Below, piece by piece: positions 1 to 11,445 of a stretch of DNA of 64,000 nucleotides. The notes under the pieces are model-generated. The model was not told where the DNA came from. It worked only from the letters and a program-made list of their open reading frames with translations, and ran no database searches. How positions within the stretch are numbered: the first letter of the stretch is position 1; the number at the start of each line of letters is the position of its first letter. The stretch comes from Mobula hypostoma (lineage: Eukaryota): the NCBI RefSeq assembly GCF_963921235.1, contig NC_086108.1, positions 111,416,001 through 111,480,000 of the forward strand, in the 5' to 3' direction. Position numbers and translations under genes: made by a program.

Positions 1-230
1 GTATCGGTGGTAAATAACTCTGTCTCTCTCTCCTTTCCAAACAAACCATCAATGATAAATGTCTCTCTCCAAACAATTAATAGGGGCACTCCTGGATCCC
101 CTCACACTCCCCTTCCTCAGGGAAAAAAAATTGTCGAAGACAATTTTTTTTAAAAGGTCCATCACAGGGTTTTAAACAATACAGAGGAAAAACATCAGAT
201 GACAAAGCAAAAATGGATACAGTTTTCAAC

Positions 231-2237
231 TTAACATTGGGATAAGCAATCAGCTATGATGTTATCAGTACCTTTTACATGTTTTATTACCAAATCAAAT
301 TCCTGCAATACTAGACTCCAATTTAACATCCTCCTATTTTTATCCTTCATCTTAGTTAGAAACATCAACGGATTATAACCCATGTAAACCACAAGTGGTC
401 TCTGAGCAACAGAAAGGTTTTGAGGTCTCTGATTATAGGCCTCAAAATGTTGTAAAGCCAGAATAAGTGCTAGCAATTCCTTTTCAACAGTTGAGTAATT
501 TTTCTGGTGTACATTAAAGTTCTTTGACAAATAAGCTACTGGGTGTTCAATGTCATCCACTCCCTTCTGTAACAGTACTGCCCCAGCAGCTTCGTCACTG
601 GCGCCTGTTGTTGTAGAAAATGGCTTTGAAAAGTCAGGTGCTTTGAGCACAGGATGATAACACAGAATGGTTTCCAGACGTTCAAATGCCTCCTGGCAAA
701 GGTCACTCCATTCAAATCTTTCACTCTTCCCCAGGAGTTTTGTTAGAGGGAGGGCGATGTTAGCAAAGTTCTTACAAAACTTTCTATAATACCTAACCAT
801 TCCTAAAACCCTTCTTAAAGCTTTCTTGTCGGTCAGAACAGGAACTTCAGCAATAGCTTGAACCTTGGCCTGTACGGGAGCCAGCTGGCCTTGGCCCACC
901 ACATAACCCAGATATGTGACTGTAGCATGGCCAAATTCACCTTTAGCAAGGTTCACAGTAACATTGGCCTTGGACAGTCTATCAAACCGTTTTTCTACAG
1001 CTGCAATATGCTCTTCCCACATGTCATTGCAGACCACTAAATCATTGATATGAACTCCTGTGCTTTCCAACCCTCCAATTACGGAATTGATCATTCTCTG
1101 AAATGTCCTTGGTGCATTTTTCATCCCAAAGGGCAAAACATTGTATTCACACAGTCTAGACAGTGTCACAAATGTTGATATCTCTTTAACCCTCTCTGTT
1201 AAAGGAACTCCCCAGTATCCTTTTAACCAGTCAATCTTAATAAGGTATTTAGCCTTCCCCACTCTATCAATACAGTCATCCATTCTCTTTCTTTGTTCTT
1301 TCTTGTTTCTAATTTCTTCTTCACCCATTTTACTTTTCTCAAAGTTCACTCTGTGAAGATGCCATTTCGTAAGCTGGGCTAAATTCATAATGATGTCATT
1401 CACTGCACCTGTGCCCCATTTCAAAACACCAGTTAGTCCTTTTACTTGTTTATTCGGCTTTGGGTCCAACTGGTGGACCTTATCAGTAATATTTTCCAAA
1501 ACAATGGAATTCTGGCATCTTGGTGGGTCTAGATTCAATGAGTAAACATGTTTTTCCATTCCATTATCAGATTTCACGATTTCATTTTGTTCTACGACAA
1601 ATCTCCCAGCTGCAATCTCAGTAAACAAGTGTCTTATTTTGATTCGACCATTTCGTAAACTTTCCTTGGCAAAGTCACAAAGCTTACCAAATCCCTTCCA
1701 AAGTTCTCGGAGTAGGGTCAAAGGTCCTTTTGGCCTGTAACTGAACACAGGTTCCAACAAATTACCCTTCACTGCCTTCTGAATCGAATCTCCAACAATA
1801 AATAAAAGGAGGGGAATCCCCTCATTCCCATTTTCCTCATTTCTCACACGATGATGTCCACCTAAAGGTATACTGTAAGCCATGTTTAAAATTTCAGCCT
1901 TGTAACCTTTCAAAACCTCCACGTGACTTGCAGGCACTGTGGCTGGTCTCCACCTCCTCATCAACATCCCATCTTTAAGGTAACATCCCACTGACTCTCT
2001 CTGAACCTCCTCTCCTGTGAGAGCCATCTCCCTTAAAGCCACCATTCCAGAATCTCGTTTCTGTTCCTCGATACATTTTTTTCCCAACAAAGACAAAGCT
2101 TTCTTATACACCTTACCCTTATTAATTGTACTACCCTCTAAGTCCTGCTGAAATCTGGAAGGTAGAAAAGTCTCTGACACGTCATAATTTAAACCTCTGG
2201 TTTTCCTGTCACAGGTCTCAACAGCAACTTTGCTCAT
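231..2237 (-). pseudogene. pol remnant: internally deleted integrase, then RT, then RNase H; catalytic motifs degenerate
   Basis: Integrase Zn-region-like ILNMAYSIPLGGH and integrase C-terminal-like GIPLLLF...PKGPLTLL precede RT (IDWLKGYW, LPFGMKNAP). YxDD reads HIND; RNase H DAS reads GAS; ends NIIADCLS. Confidence 0.85.
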
Positions 2238-3008
2238 TAGCTGAATTGCCGAAACACTCTTATCTTTCTTGGAGAGCTGTCAACATGCCTCCATTGTTTA
2301 TTAAACTCAGTACCATCATCAGGCTGATGAGAATATGAAAGAGACCAAATAAACTACCCATCTCAATACGACCTATACTTCGACTTGTATCCATGGCAAC
2401 TCCACTCCAAAACCACAACAATTTTTCCTCCTCTCCATAATATCACTCTGAATAACAGCATGACCTTGCAGGTGCTTACTTCCAAATATCCAAACAAAAT
2501 CCAACAAACTAGCGCATTCTGTCTCAGCAGGCCTTTGTCCTGCAAGCAGGGTCAAAGGTCGCACAACCAATCCAACCTTTCCCAGCACTTTATCCAAAAG
2601 TCCAGGAACAGCACTTTTCCCATTACTTCCAGCAACATTGACCTCACCAGGTTCCAAAACACGGTCTACTACAAATGACTGCGAATCCTCACATTCCACT
2701 GGTACCAAGGTTAACCCCTTATTCACTGAACCAAGACCATCTGACACACAAAAACTGCATTCCCTTTCAACCAAGTCAGCCATCTCAGACTTCAATTGAG
2801 CCTCAACATGAAGTTCAGAATCCTGTGAACTCACAGGTACTTCAACAACCTGAACACATTCAATCGGAACAACTGCCTCTTCTGGGCTGTCATCACTGGT
2901 CCCAGTTTCAAATTCAAGGTCATCCTGATCCTCCCAGTTATTCTCTGGCCAACTCCTTTCTGGAGTAAACTCAACCTCGTGGGTTAAAACTTCTTCGTCT
3001 GCTTTCTC

Positions 3009-3932
3009 TTTCTTTCTTTTTTCTTTTTAAATCTTTTTATTGAATAAGTATACAAAAGGTAAACCATATAGGCACTAGTACACTGTTAGAATATAATAAA
3101 ATTACAGGAGATATTAATACAGAAAAAAATTGATACAAACAGTGCAATTTAAACATAAAATAATAAGGAAAAATAATAGTATACTAATTTATATATATAT
3201 CAACAGAGAAAAGGAAAAAAAAAACCAAAAAAAAACTCACCGTGCAACTAAACTAAAAGCAAAGCAAAGCAATGGGCTAATTTGGAAACAGGTAGAGTTA
3301 AAGAACTTAAAATCACGTCCTCAAACCCGACTTCCATTAAAAACAGTTAAAAAAAAGCAAGAAGGGAATATAAATATGGAGCAAAAGAGAAAAAAAAGAT
3401 TACATTAAATGAAAATATTGAATAAAAGATCTCCAGGTCTGTTCAAATTTAAGTGGGGAATCATAAAGATTACTTCTAATTTTCTCCAAATTTAAGCATA
3501 ATATCATCTGGGAAAACCAAAAAAAGGTGGTTGGAGCATTAGGCTCTTTCCAATGTTGTAAGATACATCTTTTCACCATTAAAGTAAGAAATGCAATCAT
3601 TCTACGGGCTGAAGGAGAAAGATTACTGGAAATTTTAGGTAATCCAAAGATAGCAGTAATAGGATGAGGAGAGATATCTATATTCAATACCTTTGAGATA
3701 ATATTAAAAATGTCTCTCCAAAAAGTTTCCAGAGTAGGACAAGACCAAAACATATGAGTTAAAGAGGCTATCTGCCCCAGACATCTATCACAAGAAGAAT
3801 TAATATGAGAATAAAAATGAGCTAATTTATCTTTGGACACATGTGCTCTATGAACAACTTTAAATTGAATTAGGGAATGTTTAGCACAGATAGAAGAAGT
3901 ATTGACTAATTGTAAAATCTGCCCCCAGTCTT
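3009..3932 (-). mobile_element. 5'-truncated L1/Tx1-clade LINE 3' fragment nested in gag
   Basis: ORF 3400..3840 has a C-terminal CDRC...HMFWSC zinc knuckle; AATAAA and A-rich tail at about 3009-3043; 12-bp TSD GTCTGCTTTCTC at 2997-3008 and 3933-3944. Confidence 0.88.
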
Positions 3933-4556
3933 GTCTGCTTTCTCAACAGACCCCCTCAGGGTAGGGGCATCCTCTGCCACTGGATATGCCCTTACCTCAT
4001 CATGAACACAACTTTTAAATTCATCACACAAAACTAGCCCTTCTGAGCTGTAAAAATCATCAGGGTCCGAGACTAAACCTCTTTGCTGTAACCTCTCCCT
4101 TTTAAACTGTCTCTGCCTTTCTGCCACGTGATCTTCACGTTGCCATTTCTCCCTCTCGAGCTGTCTCTGTCTTGCTGCTTCCTCTCTCCGTTTCCCTGCC
4201 TCTTTGGCTTCTCTCTCGAGCTGTTTGAATTTCAGTTCATGCTCCCTCTTTACTATTTCCAACAGAAGCTGAAGCTCATCCTCAGTAGGTTCACCTTCCA
4301 CGAACAACTCTAACGCCTCCTCATCAAATGTTCCCTTATCTATATAATATTCAACTATTTTCCTTTGAATTTCTACCTTACTCACAGCCTTCTTTACCTC
4401 AATTCCCAATTCTTTAGCAATGTCCCGCAACTCATACTTTTTAGCAAACTTCAAGGTCCCCAGGTCTGGTGATTTCAGAAAGTCTCTGACACCCATTTCT
4501 GCTGTTTTTCCACACAACCAAATCAACAGTACAAATTCAAAAGGGATTTTCCCCAA
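3933..4556 (-). pseudogene. gag remnant of the LTR element, interrupted by an L1/Tx1 insertion
   Basis: Coiled coil plus VLCDEFKSC; removing the insertion restores EKADEEVLTH, resembling the fish Gypsy gag ADxxVLTH motif. Confidence 0.75.
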
Positions 4557-4591
4557 TCAATTCAAACCAGCCTCCCAACCAATTTGTTCAT

Positions 4592-4609
4592 ATCCCGGAC
4601 GAGCCCTCA
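4592..4609 (-). other. Primer-binding site for tRNA-Pro
   Basis: TGAGGGCTCGTCCGGGAT, one mismatch from the canonical PBS-Pro TGGGGGCTCGTCCGGGAT. Confidence 0.9.
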
Positions 4610-4614
4610 ATTTA

Positions 4615-4893
4615 TGTCACGGACCCCGTGACAAGGATAAAGAACCAGCAGAAATAGAAAACACTTTGGAGTCTCGTATTGTTATAAACTAATAATATTT
4701 ATTAATATCTATGCAATACAGTAATATAAATATAGATAAATCAAACAAGTTAGCAATGATTATATATAAAAGTAAGTGTGGAATATATATGTATGAAAAC
4801 CAAGCTTCTTTAAGTCTAGGGGTAAAAAGATACAGTCTTACGATGTTGAGTAAAGTTCAGTTCAGTTCAGTTCATGGTATTGAGTTGAGTAGT

Positions 4894-4924
<31 letters not shown>

Positions 4925-5620
4925 TTGAGTCTCAGGTGAGCTGATACCGTCGATCTTCTCGTCGTCCTCCGAAATCCTTTACAAGTCACCGACTGTGACT
5001 TTAACCGGGGGACCAGTCTTCTGTGGTGGAGCTATCACCCAGGCGAGGGTGGACACATAGACAACTCCCCACCAGTCAACCCCTTCTTCACCGATAGAAT
5101 AGCAATTTGGATCGATCCACCTGATCGATCCTCCAAACCTCACTTTCTCTGCGGGCACAACAATGCTCATTCAGTGTCCAGATCATGCGTCCTAGGTCTG
5201 TATCATCTGACCTCCCATTTATTTCACCAGGCTGAGCATCACCTGTCATTCAAAGAGTCCCTCCCTCCTTTGTCTGTAAAAAAATGCACAAGCAGGCAAC
5301 AAGTCCTTGAAGAAATATCAACAATGTGCTGAAAATCATAACATCGAGTGTCCACTAATTAACAACGCCTTCGGTCACCATAGCAACTTTCGAGCTGCTC
5401 GGTGCTGTCTCCAACTCCAAACTCAGTAAAAATCCAAAGTTACTTCCAATGCCTTAAAGTGACAGTCCAACTGTTAATCTTCATCTCTCTCTCTCTCTCT
5501 TTTCCAAAAGCAACACACGGGTGGTAAATAACTCTGTCTCTCCCTCCTTTCCAAAGAAACCATCAATGATAAATGTCTCTCTCCAAACAGTTAATAGGGG
5601 CACTCCTGGATCCCCTCACA
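4615..5620 (-). repeat. 5' LTR (about 1 kb)
   Basis: TGTGAG...GTGACA termini on the minus strand; its outer end is duplicated at 1-106; adjacent to the PBS. Confidence 0.9.
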
Positions 5621-6959
5621 CCTTATATTAGCCATTTGTGCCCTGGGAAAAATTATCTGGCTGTCCACTTGATTTATGTGTCTTCTCATCTTGCACAGCT
5701 CTATCATCCTCTCTCATCCTCCTCTTCTCCAAAGAGAAAAGACCTAGCCCTCTCAACCTGTCCTCCTCAGACAGGCCGTTAGTATCCTGGAGCAAATATC
5801 AGCAATAGCCTGCCGTGGTCCGATAAAGCTCGCTAATGCCGCTGCTTTCTCAGGAGGCTAAAGAGATTTGTCGTGTCCCCTTTGACCAGCTCTGCAGATG
5901 CATCACAGCCCGTTATGGCAACCACTTTGCCAATGACCTGCTGTGGACGCAGCCGAGCACTTCACGGAAACGGCTCGGGTGGAATGGTAGCGTAGCGGTT
6001 GGCTTAACACTTGACCGCGCCAGTGACCCGGGTCCAATTCCCGCTGCTGCCCGTAAGGAGTTTGTACGTTCTCCCCGTGACCGCGTGGGTTTCCTCCGGG
6101 TGTTCCAGTTTTCTCCAAAGTCAAAGGGGTTAGTAGTTTAACTGGTCACATGGTGTAATGGACAACATGAGTTGTTACCACGCTGCATCTCTAAAAACAA
6201 CAGGGACTCTGTCTACACTTCTCACTGCCTCAGTAAAGCAGCCAGCGTCATCAAAGACCCCACCCACTCCAGACACCCTCTCTTCTCCCCCCTCCCACCC
6301 CCACCGGGCAGAAGATACAAAAGCCTGAAAGCACGTACTACCAGGCTCAAGGACAGCTTCTATCCCACTGTTATCAGATTACGAATGACAAATAAGATGG
6401 ACTCTTGGCAATCTTGCACCTCACGGTCTGCCTGTGCTGCACCTCTCTGTAACTCTAACATTTGTACTGCATCGTTATCGTTCTCCCTTGCGTGGTTGCA
6501 ATGAATTGATCTGTAGCTTGGTAGATGTGACCAACAGTAAACCAATTATTTCTCCAAGTCACATATTATACCGATTTGGAAATAATCACCACTTCTTTAT
6601 CATCACTCAATCCCTGTCCTGGGACTCCCTGTCCAACAAAGCTATGAGATTCCTTACCAAGCAGACTGCAATGATTCAAGAATCTTCTTGAATCGCACTA
6701 CTGTACCTTCTTAAAGGTGAATCATAAACACAGATCAACACACACAAAATGCTGGAGGAACTCAGCAGGTCAGACAGCATCTATGGAGGGAAAGAAACAG
6801 TCAATGTTTTGGTCCTAATGAAGGGTCTCAGGCCAGAACTTTGACTGTTTATTCATTTCAATAGATGCTGCTGCTTGCTGAGTTCTGTCATCATTTTGTT
6901 GTGTTATGATACCACTGCCAAGAAAATGATGACATTTACATGAGATCATTGTATGTTAC

Positions 6960-7179
6960 CTGGTCTGGCTAACACTCTGACAACATGGGTTCCCATCAGC
7001 CTGTACAGCGGACAGTGTTGGACATAAAGGAGGTTTTCAACTTTCATGTCCAGGCACACCTCAAAGCTGAAATGAGGCATCCTGATACAAGAGTGATGTA
7101 CCCAAGGCTTTGGTGAAGGCCGCTCGGCATTGTCCAAACACTCAGCTCCATCTGATCCAATCCCAAGACAAATGACATC
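6960..7179 (-). CDS. vtg: vtg exon 21 (DVICLG...HSCIRMPHFSFEVCL...PLYRLMGTH...RP)
   Basis: 220 nt, TAG/GTAAC; C-x9-C and LYxLxGxH-type motif near the end of lipovitellin I. Confidence 0.9.
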
Positions 7180-10100
7180 CTACAGGAGCAAGAAGGCTCA
7201 TCAGCAAACACGTCTCATAAAGTCATGTTACATCACCGATCACTAACGCAACATAATAAGTCTGTACAAGTGTATGCTGACTCAATTTTCACCATTCCTC
7301 CCATTGTAACATAAGACCATAAAACATAGGTGCAGGATAAGGCCATTTGGCCCATCGAGTCTGCTCCACCATTCCATCATGGCTAATTTATCATCCCTCT
7401 CAACCCCATTCTCCTGCCTTTTCCCCGTAACCTTTGACACCCTGACTAATTGAGACCATATCAAACTGCGTTTTAAATATACCCAGTGACATGGCCTTCA
7501 CAGATATCTGTAGCAATGAATGCCACAGGTTCATCACTCTAGGGCTAAAGAAATTTAAAGAACACTGGGGTCTCGGGAGGCAGATAAGTGGGTCACAGTC
7601 AGGAGAAGGAAGGGCAAGAGGCAGATACTAGAGAGTACCCTTGTGGCTGTCCCCCTTAACAATAAGTACTCCTGTTTGAGTACTGTTGGAGGAGACGGCC
7701 TACCTGGGGGAAGCAACAGTGGTCGTGTCTCTGGCACAGAGTCTGGCCCTGTGGCTCAGAAGGGTAGGGAAAGGAAGAGGATGGCAGCAGTGATAGGGGA
7801 CTCTATAGTTAGGGGGTCAGACAGGCGATTCTGTGGAAGCAGGAAAGAAACGCAGATGGTAGTTTACCTCCCAGGGGCCAGGGTCTGGGATGTTTCTGAT
7901 CGTGTCCATGATATCCTGAAATGGGAAGAAGAACAGCCAGAGGTTGTGGTACATAGTGGTACCAATGACAGAGGTAGGAAAAAGGAGGAGGTGCTGAAAA
8001 CAGACTACAGGGAATTAGGAAGGAAGCTGAGAAGCAGGACCTCAAAGGTAGTAATCTCAGGATTGCTGCCTGTGCCACGCGACAGTGAGTATAGGAATAG
8101 AGTGAGGTGGACGATAAATGCGTGGCTGAGGGATTGGAGCAGGGGGCAGGGATTCAGATTTCTGGATTATTGGGACCTCTTTTGGGACAGGTGTGACCTG
8201 TACAAAAAGGACGGGTTGCACTTGAATCCCAAGGAGATCAATATCCTGGTGGGGAGGTTTGCAAAGGCTATTGGGATGAGTTTAAACTAGAATCACTGGG
8301 GGTTAGGAACAGAACTGAAGAGACGGAGGAAGGGGTGGTTGGCTCACAAACAGAGAAAGTTTGGAGACAGTATGAGAGGGAGGATAGGCAGGTGATCAAG
8401 AAGGGACGCACTCAGACCGATGGTTTGAGATGTGTCTATTTTAATGCAAGGAGTATTATGAGCTTAGAGAATGGATCAGTACTTGGAGCTATGATGTTGA
8501 GGCCATTACAGAGACTTGGATGGTGCAGGGGCAGGAATGGTTGCTTCGAGTGCCAGACTTTAGACGTTTCAGAAAGGATAGGGAGGGAGGCAAAAGAGGT
8601 GGGGGCGTGGCACTATTGATCAGAGATAGTGTCACGGCTGCAGAAAAGGAGGAAGTCATGGAGGGATTGTCTACAGAGTCTCTGTGGGTAGAAACTAGGA
8701 ACAGGAAGGGGTCAATAACTCCGTTTTTTATAGACCACCCAATAGTAACAGGGACATTGAGGAGCAGATAGGGAGACAGATTCTGGAAAGGTGTAATAAT
8801 AACGGGGATGTTGTGGTGGGAGATTTTAATTTACCAAATATCAATTGGCATTTCCCTAGAGCCAACTGATACTTGGGAAATTAAAATCTCCCACCACAAC
8901 ATCCCTGTTATTATTACACAATATGTAGATAAGCCTACAAGAGGAGAAGCTGTACTTGATCTGGTGTTGGGAAATGAACCTGGTCAGGTGTCAGATCTCT
9001 CAGTGGGAGAGCATCTTGGAGATATTGATCACAATTCTATCTCCTTTACCATAGCATTGGACAGCAAGGGGAACAGACACGTTAGGGAAGCGTTTAATTG
9101 GAGTAAGGGGAAATATGAGGTTATTAGGCAGGAACTTGGAAGCATAAATTGGAAACAGATGTTGTCAGGGAAATATACAGAAGAAATGTGGCAAATGTTC
9201 AGGGGATATTTGCATGGGGTTCTGCACAAGTACATGCCAATCAGACGGGGAAAGGATGGTAGGGTACAGGAACTGTGGTGTACAAAGGCTGTTTTAAATC
9301 TAGTCAAGAAGAAAAGAAGAGCTTATGAAAGGTTCAAAAAATGAGGTAATGATAGAGATCTAGAAGATTATAAGGCTAGCAGGAAGGAGCTTAAGAAAGA
9401 AATTAGGAGAGCCAGAAGGGGCCATGAGAAGGCCTTAGCGGACAGGATTAAGGAAAATCTCAAGGCATTCTACAAGTATGTGAAGAGCAAGAGAATAAGA
9501 CATGAGAGAATAGAGCCAATCAAGTGTGACAGTGGAAAAGTGTGTATGGAACCAGAGGAGATAGCAGAGGTACTTAATAAGTACTTTGCTTCAATAATCA
9601 CTATGGAAAAGGACTTGGCGATTGTAGGGATGACTTGCAGCAAACTGAAAAGCTTGAGCATGTAGGTATTAAGGAAGAGGATGTGCTGGAGCTTTTGGAA
9701 AGCATCAAGTTGGATAAGTCGTCGGGACTGGATAAGATTTACCCCAGGCTACTGTGGGAGGCGAGGGAGGAGATTGCTGAGCCTCTAGCGATGATATTTG
9801 CATCATCAATGGGGACTGGAGAGGTTCCGGAGGATTGGAGGGTTGCAAATGTTGTTCCCTTATTCAAGAAAGGGCATAGAGATCGCCCAGGAAATTATAG
9901 ACAAGTAAGTCTTACTTCAGTGGTTGGTAAGTTGAATGAGAAGATCCTGAGAGGCAGGACTTTTGAACACTTGGAGAGGCATAATGTGATTAGGAATAGA
10001 CAGCATGGCTTTGTCAAAGGCAGGTCATGCCTTACGAGCCTGATTGAATTTTTTGAGGATGTCACTAAACAGATTGATGAAGGTAGAGCAGTAGGTGTAG

Positions 10101-10597
10101 TGTATATGGATTTCAGCAAGGCATTTGATAAGGTACTCCATGCAAGACATATTGAGAAAGTAAGGAGGCATGGGATCCAAGGAGACCTTGCTTTGTGGAT
10201 CCAGAACCAGCTAGCCCACAGAAGGCAAATAGCGGTTGTAAACGGGTCATATTCTGCATGGAGGTCAGTGACAAGTGGTGTGCCTCAAGGATCAGTTCTG
10301 GGATCCCAACTCTTCGTGATTTTTGTAAATGACCTGGATGAGGAAGTGGAGGGATGGGTTAGTAAATTTGCTGAATACACAAAGATTAGGGGTGTTGTGG
10401 ATAGTGTGGAGGGTTGTCAGAGGTTACAGCGGGACAACAATAGGATGCAAAACTGGGCTGAGAAATGGCAGATGGAGTTCAAGCGAGGGGTGGTTTATTT
10501 TGGTAGGCGAAATATAATGACAAAATATAGTATTAATGGTAAGACTCTTTGCGGTGTGGAGGATCAGAGGGATCTTGGGGTCCGAGTCCATAGGACA

Positions 10598-11280
10598 AGC
10601 ATGCAAGTACAGCAGGCAGTGAAGAAAGCTAATGGCATGTTGACCTTCATAACAAGGGGAATTGAGTACAAGAGCAAAGAGGTCCTTCTGCAGCTGTACA
10701 GGGCCCTGGTGAGACCACACCTGGAGTACTGTGTGCAGTTTTGGTCTCCAAATTTGAGGAAGGACATTCTTGCTATTGAGGGAGTGCAGCGTAGGTTCAC
10801 AAGGTTAATTCCCAGGATGGCAGGACTGTCATATGTTGAAAGATTGGAACGACTGGGCTTGTATACTCTGGAATTTAGAAGGCTGAGAGGGGATCTTATT
10901 GAAACATATAAGATTATTAAGGGATTGGACATGCTGGAGGCAGGAAGCATGTTCCCGCTGATGGGTGAGTCCAGAACCAGAGGCCACAGTTTAAGAATTA
11001 GGGGTAGACCATTTAGAACGGAGTTGAGGAAAAACTTTTTCACCCAGAGAGTGGTGGATATATGGAATGCTCTACCCCAGAAGGCTGTGGAGGCCAAGTC
11101 TCTGGATGCTTTCAAAAAAGAGTAGGATAGAGCTCTTAAAGATAGCGGAATCAAAGATTATAGGGATAAGGCAGGAACTGGATACTGATTGTGGATGATC
11201 AGCCATGATCACAGTGAATGGCGGTGCTGGCTCGAAGGGCTGAATGGCCTACTCCTGCACCTATTGCCTATTGTCTATTG
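10598..11280 (+). mobile_element. CR1 3' fragment of another subfamily nested in the RT of the host CR1
   Basis: Own 3' UTR and (CTATTG)-type tail; GACA duplicated at 10594-10597 and 11280-11283. Confidence 0.85.
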
Positions 11281-11445
11281 ACACTCAAAGCTGCTACGCA
11301 GAGTGACTCTGTGGTTAAGAAGGCATACGGTGCATTGGCCTTCATCAACCGTGGGATTGAGTTTAAGAGCCGAGAGGTAACGTTGCAGCTATATAGGATC
11401 CTGGTCAGACCCCATTTGGAGTACTGTGCTCAGTTCTGGTTGCCT

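Larger units (their letters stand above)
1..5620 (-). mobile_element. Gypsy-superfamily LTR retrotransposon, Gmr1-like, degenerate; 3' LTR cut by the window edge
   Basis: 5' LTR 4615-5620 (TG...CA); matching LTR end at 1-106 (3 mismatches over positions 6-106); tRNA-Pro PBS; PPT GAGGAAGGGGAG at 107-118; gag and pol remnants. Confidence 0.92.

Noticed and set aside
4592..4609. tRNA-Pro gene
   Set aside because: Only the 18-nt 3'-end match next to an LTR, so it is a primer-binding site.
5978..6060. tRNA genes at SINE heads (also about 23665, 24093 and 55750)
   Set aside because: Degenerate A/B-box heads run directly into the V-SINE core; I could not fold a complete cloverleaf.
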